A stretch of 42,687 bases of DNA from a virus. Shown piece after piece: positions 1 to 6,358 of the stretch. The first letter of the stretch is position 1, and every line of letters starts with the position of its first letter. The notes beneath the pieces are model-generated. The model saw only the letters and a program-made list of their open reading frames with translations, searched no databases and was not told the origin of the DNA. The translations under genes were made by a program, and so were the position numbers. Location: positions 1-42,687 of the IMG/VR virus record IMGVR_UViG_3300017424_000002, one strand, 5' to 3'.

Positions 1-123
1 CCCAGATTGCTGATTGCGGCGCGATACCAGTCGCGCATGTAGCCAAACGTCATGCCCTGATACATAGGATTGCGATCGTTCTGGATGTGCTGAATAATGG
101 CTTCTTGAACTTGTATCAGGGTC
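1..123. repeat. Terminal direct repeat, copy 1 (identical to 42565..42687)
   Basis: Bases 1..123 (cccagattgctgattgcgg...cttgtatcagggtc) recur base-for-base at 42565..42687. This implies a circular or terminally redundant molecule with 42,564 unique bp. Confidence 0.97.
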
Positions 124-128
124 TTCAT
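1..128 (-). CDS. Hypothetical protein, N-terminal part of junction-spanning ORF (63 aa after circularisation: 128..1 joined to 42564..42501)
   Basis: ATG at 128..126 is preceded by a GGAGA SD. The frame runs off the left edge and continues in the right-end copy to TAG at 42503..42501. Product: MKTLIQVQEAIIQHIQNDRNPMYQGMTFGYMRDWYRAAISNLGFTRQQAEAAVQDAVDMAELA. Confidence 0.55.
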   Translation of the reverse strand, partial: MKTLIQVQEAIIQHIQNDRNPMYQGMTFGYMRDWYRAAISNL

Positions 129-153
129 GATCTGTCTCCGTCTCTATGCACCC

Positions 154-182
154 CATATACCCCGCAGTTACGGCACCGTCAA
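154..182 (-). promoter_or_regulatory. Putative sigma70-type promoter (TTGACG-N17-TATATG) upstream of the junction ORF
   Basis: On the minus strand the sequence reads ctaTTGACGgtgccgtaactgcggggTATATGggg. It lies about 25 nt upstream of the ATG at 128. The -35 hexamer matches those of the promoters at 3038 and 11262. Confidence 0.4.
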
Positions 183-201
183 TAGGGTCCCGTAACTTTT
201 T
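166..201 (+). other. Stem-loop (AGTTACGG / CCGTAACT, 16-nt loop) followed by T5 on the + strand
   Basis: A perfect 8-bp stem pairs 166..173 with 190..197, followed by TTTTT at 197..201. The loop contains the -35 box of the minus-strand promoter. Confidence 0.5.
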
Positions 202-233
202 CCTCACCACCGCCCGCCGTCTGGCCTGTGCGC

Positions 234-512
234 TCAAAAGCGACGCTTAGGAGCCGCAACCTTCCTGACCTTCTTGCCGGGTTCACGGTGCTTCTCACAC
301 CGACGCGATTGACCAGTGGTGAAGCCTAAAGGGGTGCTGATGAAAAACTCATCGCCGCAACTGGCGCAGTGACTCTGCCACACCAACAGGATCGTACTGC
401 TTCCGTCAGCGCGGGTGTAAGGCTCGCTATCGTACAGAACATACTCCTGCTCCTGGATAGCGAAACGCGTACCCATCGGCGGTTCTGACGGAAATTTGAT
501 TGAGGTCTTCAT
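234..512 (-). CDS. Small hypothetical protein with a C-x2-C...C-x2-H zinc-ribbon-like motif and a basic tail
   Basis: 92 aa. A strong SD (AAGGAGGAATGAAAAATG) precedes the start. The motif is CASCGDEFFISTPLGFTTGQSRRCEKH, followed by the tail KKVRKVAAPKRRF. Confidence 0.7.
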   Translation of the reverse strand: MKTSIKFPSEPPMGTRFAIQEQEYVLYDSEPYTRADGSSTILLVWQSHCASCGDEFFISTPLGFTTGQSRRCEKHREPGKKVRKVAAPKRRF

Positions 513-534
513 TTTTCATTCCTCCTTGGAATAT

Positions 535-734
535 TCCCCATTTTCGGGGTCTAACGCTTTGCTCCGATAGAGGGGTGGCTGAAGCGACGATTCCTCCAAC
601 CCCAAATTGGAAACGCGTTGAGGGACGCGTACCAATTGGGGTGGGAATTGTCAAGCCGCCTATCTACGCAACCATTATTCCCCAAATATCCCAAATTTCC
701 CCAAACCAGATTTTAATTTGGGGAAATCCCCAAT
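535..734. repeat. Cluster of YCCCCAAAT-like motifs (iteron-like) spanning the primase/helicase 3' end and the downstream spacer
   Basis: Copies read by eye are TTCCCCATTT 535..544, CCCCAAATTGG 600..610 and CCAATTGGGG 632..641 (inverted). Further copies are TTCCCCAAAT 678..687, ATCCCAAAT 688..696, TTCCCCAAAC 697..706, ATTTGGGGAA 716..725 (inverted) and ATCCCCAAT 726..734. The 660..720 stretch is locally AT-rich. Confidence 0.7.
600..641. repeat. Imperfect inverted repeat CCCCAAATTGGAAACGCGT / ACGCGTACCAATTGGGG
   Basis: The arms at 600..618 and 625..641 are complementary apart from small bulges and are centred on TGAGGG. A GCTTGACA -35-like hexamer on the minus strand (654..649) directly abuts the right arm. 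Confidence 0.6.
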
Positions 735-2845
735 GCGACCTTCGCGGCGGTGATATTTGCCTTCAGCGCCTTCTCGTCGCGGCCCTTCACCTCGTTGCGG
801 AACGGCACCTCCTCGACCATGCCACCGTCGATCAGGAAGCCGATGATCTTGCGGGCTTCCTCTTCCTCAACGCCCATCACATCGGCAATCAGATGCCCCA
901 CCCAACGCTTGGAGCCGCCAGCCTTGGAACGGCCGAACGGTAGGTCGGTGCAGACGCCGTGGTCATCCACATAGCCGTCCTCCACCGCCTCCAGCAGCTT
1001 CATGACCTGCGCCGGCTCGTATGCGCCGATGCCCTCAGGTTGCCACGGCGACAGCGCGCCTACCTCGTCGCCGCCGTCGCTATCGCCAACCGGCCCGTTG
1101 CGCAGCGTGACGGATATCTTCTCGAACCACGTCCGAGCGCCGATCAGGCTGTTGTTCGACTTGGCATCATCATATCGCACATACCGGAAACGATGGTCCT
1201 CGTTGACGTTCAACGCCGACGCCTCGCCCTTCGACATCACGAATAGCGTCGCAGCCAGCCGCGCCGAATTGACGATCGCGCCGCCGCCGCGGATAACGTC
1301 GGCGCTACCCGCCTTATCTTCCGATCCCTTGGTGGTGTGATGAACTAGGTACACCGCGCAACCTGTCGGCCGGGCGATCTTGTCGCGCCATATCTTCATC
1401 GCCCACTTGGTGTCGCCGTTGCTGTTCTCATCACCGTCGAACGTCTCGGCGAATGGGTCCACAATCACCACATCTATGGCATAGTGACGAATGACCGCCA
1501 CCAGTTCGTCAACCAGCGGCGTGGCAACCTGCACCTTCTTGGCAGCGTCCGCCTGCGACATCAGGATATTGTCGGGCGCGTCCGCCAGCATCACCATGCC
1601 GCGCTCCGCCGTGAAGCCCATCACCGTCTGCGCCGCCACCATACGCCGCCGCTGTTCGTGGATGTCGTCTTCGGCATTGATGACCAGCACCCGGCATTTC
1701 TTCTTGGGCTTCCACTTCGCCCATTCCCGGCCCGATGCGAGCATCAGCGCCATCTGGAGCGTGAACACCGATTTGCCGGTGCCGCCCGGTGCAGCGAGGA
1801 TATGCGTGGACCCCGCCAGCAAGGCGCCCGGCACGATCCAGGGGCGCAAGGGAATATCACCTTCTGCAAAATCCATCGCATCCACGAACGATATGGCGCA
1901 GGACGGAGGCAGGGGCGCGGGTTCCGGCCGGTTGGCATAATCGATCAACCCTTGCCGAAACGTTGCTGCCACAGCCTCCACGCCCTGCTCGATCATCTGG
2001 TCGTTGAAGTCGTCGCCTTTCTCCAGCGCGGGCGGTGCGATCACCGGCACATCCAGTGCCGCCCCTATCCTCGTCATGGCGTCAAGCGCCTTCCTGTCGG
2101 CGGCGATGACCACGCCCAAGCCAGCCGCGATCATCTCGCGGGCGATATTCTCCATTTGTCCCTGGCTGAAGGCCACCACCACCTTATCGGCGGTCGCCTC
2201 GTAGATTGAGGCGCCGGTAGCGAAGCCCTCGCAAATGATGACCTTGCCCCAGCCGATCCCGATATAGAACCGCGCCCCGACCGTAGGGCAACCGGCATGA
2301 AAGCGCTTGGTGCCATCTGGCGCGATCGACTGGACGTTGATGACATCGCCGGCCGCGTCCCACATCGGGACCAACAGGTTGTCGCCGTCCATCCTCGCAC
2401 CTGATGGCGCCACCTGCTTGCGCTCCAGGTAAGGCTGTTGACCGTCCACTGGTCGGGCGCGTTCCCAGCGGCGGGACGCGGCGGCGATGGCTGCGACCCT
2501 GGCCGCTTCCGCCTTGCGGTTTTCCTCCGCCAACCAGTCACGCCGCTTCTGCCGATCCGCCTCGGATAGTTCGATCGCATTGCCGCCGGTCAGCCGCGCA
2601 ATCGCTTCCTGCGTCGTGACATGTTCGACCTTGGCGACGAAATCGATCACGTCGCCGTGGGCACCACACCCGAAACAATGCCAGCTTTCGTCATTCTCCT
2701 TGAACTTCAGGCTGGGGCTTGTCTCGTTATGAAAGGGGCACAGACCCTCGTACCACCCGGATGATTTGCGTAGCTTGATCGTGCGGCCGATCACCTCATT
2801 CAACGGGTAATTCTGTTTGATGGCGTCGAAGTCGTAGCCCTTCAT
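713..2845 (-). CDS. Bifunctional DNA primase / replicative helicase
   Basis: 710 aa. The N-terminus has a CHC2 zinc finger (CPFHNETSPSLKF...HCFGCGAHGDVIDF). The core is Toprim-like (VIICEGFATGAS...VIAADRK). The C-terminus is a RecA/DnaB-like ATPase with Walker A AAPGGTGKS and Walker B VVIVDPF. Confidence 0.88.
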   Translation of the reverse strand: MKGYDFDAIKQNYPLNEVIGRTIKLRKSSGWYEGLCPFHNETSPSLKFKENDESWHCFGCGAHGDVIDFVAKVEHVTTQEAIARLTGGNAIELSEADRQKRRDWLAEENRKAEAARVAAIAAASRRWERARPVDGQQPYLERKQVAPSGARMDGDNLLVPMWDAAGDVINVQSIAPDGTKRFHAGCPTVGARFYIGIGWGKVIICEGFATGASIYEATADKVVVAFSQGQMENIAREMIAAGLGVVIAADRKALDAMTRIGAALDVPVIAPPALEKGDDFNDQMIEQGVEAVAATFRQGLIDYANRPEPAPLPPSCAISFVDAMDFAEGDIPLRPWIVPGALLAGSTHILAAPGGTGKSVFTLQMALMLASGREWAKWKPKKKCRVLVINAEDDIHEQRRRMVAAQTVMGFTAERGMVMLADAPDNILMSQADAAKKVQVATPLVDELVAVIRHYAIDVVIVDPFAETFDGDENSNGDTKWAMKIWRDKIARPTGCAVYLVHHTTKGSEDKAGSADVIRGGGAIVNSARLAATLFVMSKGEASALNVNEDHRFRYVRYDDAKSNNSLIGARTWFEKISVTLRNGPVGDSDGGDEVGALSPWQPEGIGAYEPAQVMKLLEAVEDGYVDDHGVCTDLPFGRSKAGGSKRWVGHLIADVMGVEEEEARKIIGFLIDGGMVEEVPFRNEVKGRDEKALKANITAAKVALGISPN

Positions 2846-3012
2846 GCCTGCACCTGAAGGTAATCAGACAGCGCCTTGACCGTGCTGTAGGCCGGCGGGT
2901 TGCCGCGCTTCACCATGTTGTAGATGCGCATATACGCAACGCCGCTGCGCCTGCTCACCTCCATCAAATTGCGATCCTCCAGCTTTTCCTTGATCTCATC
3001 GGGTGACAGCAT
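2842..3012 (-). CDS. Small helix-turn-helix DNA-binding protein (first gene of the minus arm)
   Basis: 56 aa, below the ORF-track cutoff. Product: MLSPDEIKEKLEDRNLMEVSRRSGVAYMRIYNMVKRGNPPAYSTVKALSDYLQVQA. The SD is GAGGAAAAAATG, and the stop overlaps the primase ATG (ATGA). Confidence 0.55.
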   Translation of the reverse strand: MLSPDEIKEKLEDRNLMEVSRRSGVAYMRIYNMVKRGNPPAYSTVKALSDYLQVQA

Positions 3013-3037
3013 TTTTTCCTCGCGCTAAAAATGTTGC

Positions 3038-3067
3038 TTGACGGATAGCGCCACGCATCGTCATAAG
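3038..3067 (+). promoter_or_regulatory. Putative early promoter (TTGACG-N18-CATAAG) for the plus arm
   Basis: The sequence gcTTGACGgatagcgccacgcatcgtCATAAGc lies about 28 nt upstream of the ATG at 3095. It is nearly the same motif as at 11262. The TTG used as ORF start in the track is the -35 box itself. Confidence 0.5.
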
Positions 3068-3094
3068 CAACCCCGGAAGAAAGGAAGGAAACCA

Positions 3095-3928
3095 ATGTCA
3101 ATCTTGTCCCGCGCCTCCCGGCTGGAGGCGGAGCCGTTCTGCGGCACCATCGTAGGTGTGCAGGGCACCGGCAAAACCAGCCTCGCATGTACGTTCCCCA
3201 ACGTTTTCATGATCCGCACGCAGGGCGAACGCCCGCCGCACGACGTACCCGACCACCAGAAACCCACCACGCTGGAGGTGGAAACCGCCGCCGAACTGTG
3301 GGATGCTCTTAAGGCGCTACTGCGCGAGGAACACACGTTCGAAACGCTGGTGTTTGACACCGCCACCGGCCTGGATATCCTGTTCACGCAGGACGTTCTG
3401 GCGGCGGACCCAAATGCCCGCGGCCTGAACCAGAGCCACGGCGGCTATGGCAACGGCGCAAGCATGGTATCGGCCATGCACATGCGGGTGCGTAGGGCAT
3501 CCGAGATGCTGCGCAAGCAGAAGGGCATGAACATCATCTTCCTGGCGCACGCGGAGATCGTGGACGTGTCGCCGCCTGACGGTGACCCGTACTCGTCCTA
3601 TTCTCTGCGTCTGCCGAAGAAGTCGCTGGCACCGTATCTTGACCAAACAGAGTTTGTTGGGTTCCTTAAACAGGACCGCATTGTTCGAGGGGCAATAGAA
3701 GCCAAAGGTGATCGTGGCGCAAAGCCTGGCAAAGCCATCACAAGCAACGACCGCGTGCTGGTTTCATATCTCAATCCCGCAAACTGCGCGAAGAACCGCT
3801 ACGGCATCACCGACGATCTGGACGTGGTGAAGGGTGAGAACCCGCTGGCCCCTTGGATAGGCATGGATAGGCCGACACCTAAGCCCGCGACAGAAGCGGT
3901 TGATGAAGAGGAAGCGGAGGAAGGCTGA
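3095..3928 (+). CDS. Sak4-like AAA_24 family ATPase (RecA-like recombination/annealing NTPase)
   Basis: 277 aa counted from the ATG after SD GGAAGGAA. Walker A is VGVQGTGKTSLA and the Walker B-like motif is LVFDTATGLD. The gene lies immediately upstream of a DUF669-like SSB, which is the usual partner arrangement. Confidence 0.72.
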   Translation: MSILSRASRLEAEPFCGTIVGVQGTGKTSLACTFPNVFMIRTQGERPPHDVPDHQKPTTLEVETAAELWDALKALLREEHTFETLVFDTATGLDILFTQDVLAADPNARGLNQSHGGYGNGASMVSAMHMRVRRASEMLRKQKGMNIIFLAHAEIVDVSPPDGDPYSSYSLRLPKKSLAPYLDQTEFVGFLKQDRIVRGAIEAKGDRGAKPGKAITSNDRVLVSYLNPANCAKNRYGITDDLDVVKGENPLAPWIGMDRPTPKPATEAVDEEEAEEG

Positions 3929-4518
3929 TGGGGCCGGCTTGTACGAAATGCAAAATAGTAAAGCCTCGAACATTTGAGTTTTTCTATCGGCAAGCCGCTA
4001 CGTCAGATGGTTTTACTTCTTGGTGTCGGGTTTGCGATACCGAAAAGTCTCGCAACAGAAAGCGACAGCTAAGAAAATCTGGTTGGAAGCCGAAATATAA
4101 TGCTGAAAAAAGCAAGGAGTATACGGCAAAGTACAAGGCTAAAAATCCAGAACTCTTTCGGCAGAAGTCTGCTGAAACTGAGCGCAGGAGAAGAAAGAAC
4201 CCTGCGTATAGGGCAAGTTCCGCAGTGGGAAGGAGGATTAGAGCATGCTTAGCAGCAAGGCGAACAGGCTCACTGCGTCATTTACCGTATTCTGGCGCAG
4301 ATTTAATGCTCCACCTAGAGCGGCAATTCCATTCCGGAATGTCTTGGAATAACTATGGTACAGAATGGCATATTGACCATATCGTGCCAGTATCTAGTTT
4401 TCCATGGTCCGGTGAAATTGACGATGCTTTTAAAGCATGTTGGGCTTTGTCCAATTTGAGACCGCTGACTAAATTTGAAAACTTGTCGAAAAAAGATATC
4501 CGTACTCATTTACTATAG
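3928..4518 (+). CDS. HNH homing endonuclease (free-standing, AT-rich insert)
   Basis: 196 aa. It has an N-terminal Cys-rich region (CTKC...CRVC), a basic linker, and an HNH core (WHIDHIVPVSSF...NLRPLTKFENLSKKD). GC content is visibly lower than in the flanks. Confidence 0.85.
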   Translation: MGPACTKCKIVKPRTFEFFYRQAATSDGFTSWCRVCDTEKSRNRKRQLRKSGWKPKYNAEKSKEYTAKYKAKNPELFRQKSAETERRRRKNPAYRASSAVGRRIRACLAARRTGSLRHLPYSGADLMLHLERQFHSGMSWNNYGTEWHIDHIVPVSSFPWSGEIDDAFKACWALSNLRPLTKFENLSKKDIRTHLL

Positions 4519-4527
4519 GAGAATGCA

Positions 4528-5163
4528 ATGTCGTTTTGGGAACTTTCAACGGGCGAAAGCGCCGTCACGAACGAGAAAGAGTTTTCGGCCGGCGGCGGTG
4601 ACTTCGAAGTTATCCCCAAGGGATCGTCCGTGCTGGTCACGGTCGAGGAAGCCGCGTGGAAAGAAGGATACCAGATCAGCGAGGAGTTCGTGAACCTGAA
4701 GGTTCGCGTGCTGAAGCCGGAAGGCTATGCCAACCGGGTGCTGTTCTTCAAGCTTTGGATCGATGAACTAGACCCCGGCGTGAAGACCAACGGCTCGTTC
4801 GATCTTGCCAAGGCAATTACCAAGCGCGACAAGCACAAGAAGATGCTGATGGCGATCGACGCCAACGCCAAGGGCAAGCTGGCCAAGATCGGGGCGCGTC
4901 CGACCAACGACCAGTTGGCGCTTGCCCTCACCGCGGCGCAGTTCGTGGCGACGCTGGGGGTGTGGGATAAGGAAGACCCGATCACGAAATCCAAATCGCC
5001 GGGTGGGAACTGGTTGATGGCAGCCTCCCCCAAGACTGCGGAGATCAGCGAGGGGCCAAAGACCGGCAACGGCGGCAACTCCGCAACCCGCCAGCGCAGC
5101 GCCTTCGCCGAAGATGATCTGGATGATAGCGTGCCATTCATCACCATGAACAGCATGTTCTAA
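4528..5163 (+). CDS. DUF669-like phage single-stranded DNA-binding protein
   Basis: 211 aa with SD AGGAG. The N-terminal pattern GGGDFEVIPKGSSVLVTVEEA...YANRVLFFKLW is typical of Sak4-partner SSBs. There is an acidic DDLDDSVPF segment near the C-terminus. Confidence 0.55.
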   Translation: MSFWELSTGESAVTNEKEFSAGGGDFEVIPKGSSVLVTVEEAAWKEGYQISEEFVNLKVRVLKPEGYANRVLFFKLWIDELDPGVKTNGSFDLAKAITKRDKHKKMLMAIDANAKGKLAKIGARPTNDQLALALTAAQFVATLGVWDKEDPITKSKSPGGNWLMAASPKTAEISEGPKTGNGGNSATRQRSAFAEDDLDDSVPFITMNSMF

Positions 5164-5223
5164 TCTACCCATCACCGGACCCCGGCGACAAGCCGGGGCG
5201 AGGATGATGGATGGAGAGAGAAA

Positions 5224-5370
5224 ATGACACTTGATATGTCCTATGATGAAGCCGTGGAAGCGGTTTCTGAAAAGCTGTGGGAATTGATTTGCGCAGGCGG
5301 CGGTGATGGCGAAACCATTGCTCGCTATGCAGAACAGATTGCCTCCATTTTTGTGGAAGAAGGGGAATGA
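5224..5370 (+). CDS. Small acidic hypothetical protein
   Basis: 48 aa: MTLDMSYDEAVEAVSEKLWELICAGGGDGETIARYAEQIASIFVEEGE. The SD is GGAGAGAG, and the stop overlaps the next ATG (ATGA). Confidence 0.5.
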   Translation: MTLDMSYDEAVEAVSEKLWELICAGGGDGETIARYAEQIASIFVEEGE

Positions 5371-6233
5371 TCCCTCAGCGTTCGCCTGAGTGGTTTCAGG
5401 AAAGGGTAGGCCGCGTCACTGGCTCCATCGTCGGCGCGATCCTGGGTCTGTCGCCCTACATGACCCGCGCCGATGCGCTGCGATCAATGGTTCGCGCCGC
5501 CCACAATGCCCCCAACGAGTTCACCGGCAACGCCGCAACCGAATGGGGCACGTTCAACGAGGCAGGGGCTATTGCCGAGTTCGAAATGACCTACGGGGAG
5601 TCCGTGACCGCAATGCCCTTCGTGCCTTACAAGGATTGGCTGGGGGCATCGCCTGACGGCGCGGTGAGTGACGGCAAGGGTATCGAGGTCAAATGCCCCT
5701 ACGGCATTCGCAATGACCCGCGCCCCATTTTCAAATCTCTGGCGGAACAGCCGCATTACGCCGCGCAGTGCCAGATCGAGATGCTGTGTTGCGGGTGGGA
5801 CTCGCTGTGGTTCTATCAGTGGACGCCGCATGAGGCACACCGTGTGTTGGTTCACCGCGACGACGATTGGTTGAATACGCATCTGCCGATCCTGAGGCAG
5901 TTTCATGCCGAGTATCTGGACGCGGTGAAGGAACCGGATGAATACCTAGCGGAGAGGCGGGTAACGATCGACACCCCCGCCGCCCACCTTATGGTGCAGG
6001 AGTGGGACCAGCTGATGGAAGCGATCGAGCGCGCCAAAGAGCGCCGTAAGGATTTGCTGGCGGAGATGGTGGCGCTGGCGGGCGACCGGAATGCACTCAT
6101 CAGCGGCAGGAAGCTGACGCTTACCAAGCGTGCAGGTTCGGTATCCTACGGCAAGGCGGTGGAGGAACTGGCGCCGGGAGCGGATTTGTCGAAGTGGACG
6201 GGGGCTCCGTCTAGCTTTTGGGGGTTGAAGTGA
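5367..6233 (+). CDS. YqaJ-like viral recombinase-type exonuclease (PD-(D/E)XK)
   Basis: 288 aa. The N-terminus SPEWFQERVGRVTGSIVGAILG is typical of the family, and the catalytic block is GASPDG...GIEVKCPY. Confidence 0.85.
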   Translation: MIPQRSPEWFQERVGRVTGSIVGAILGLSPYMTRADALRSMVRAAHNAPNEFTGNAATEWGTFNEAGAIAEFEMTYGESVTAMPFVPYKDWLGASPDGAVSDGKGIEVKCPYGIRNDPRPIFKSLAEQPHYAAQCQIEMLCCGWDSLWFYQWTPHEAHRVLVHRDDDWLNTHLPILRQFHAEYLDAVKEPDEYLAERRVTIDTPAAHLMVQEWDQLMEAIERAKERRKDLLAEMVALAGDRNALISGRKLTLTKRAGSVSYGKAVEELAPGADLSKWTGAPSSFWGLK

Positions 6234-6358
6234 CGGATACCGAAAAGCTATTGGATGAAGCGCGTAAGATCATTCATTGTCATCTTCGCAACAGTCACAA
6301 AGATTTTCTTTTGCGCAGCGCAGAGCATTTGAAGAAATGTAAAAAGGCTAGAGTTTAA
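6230..6358 (+). CDS. Possible small ORF in an AT-rich spacer
   Basis: 42 aa, with a GTG start overlapping the upstream TGA and a TAA overlapping the helicase ATG. The region is low in GC. An alternative 25-aa hydrophobic ORF starts at 6254, so the call is weak. Confidence 0.3.
   Translation: MTDTEKLLDEARKIIHCHLRNSHKDFLLRSAEHLKKCKKARV

Noticed and set aside
3038-3094. ORF-track TTG start at 3038 for the Sak4-like ATPase (an extra 19 aa: MTDSATHRHKQPRKKGRKP).
   Set aside because: The TTG is the first base of the TTGACG -35 hexamer. The ATG at 3095 has a proper SD (GGAAGGAA) and the conserved N-terminus begins there.
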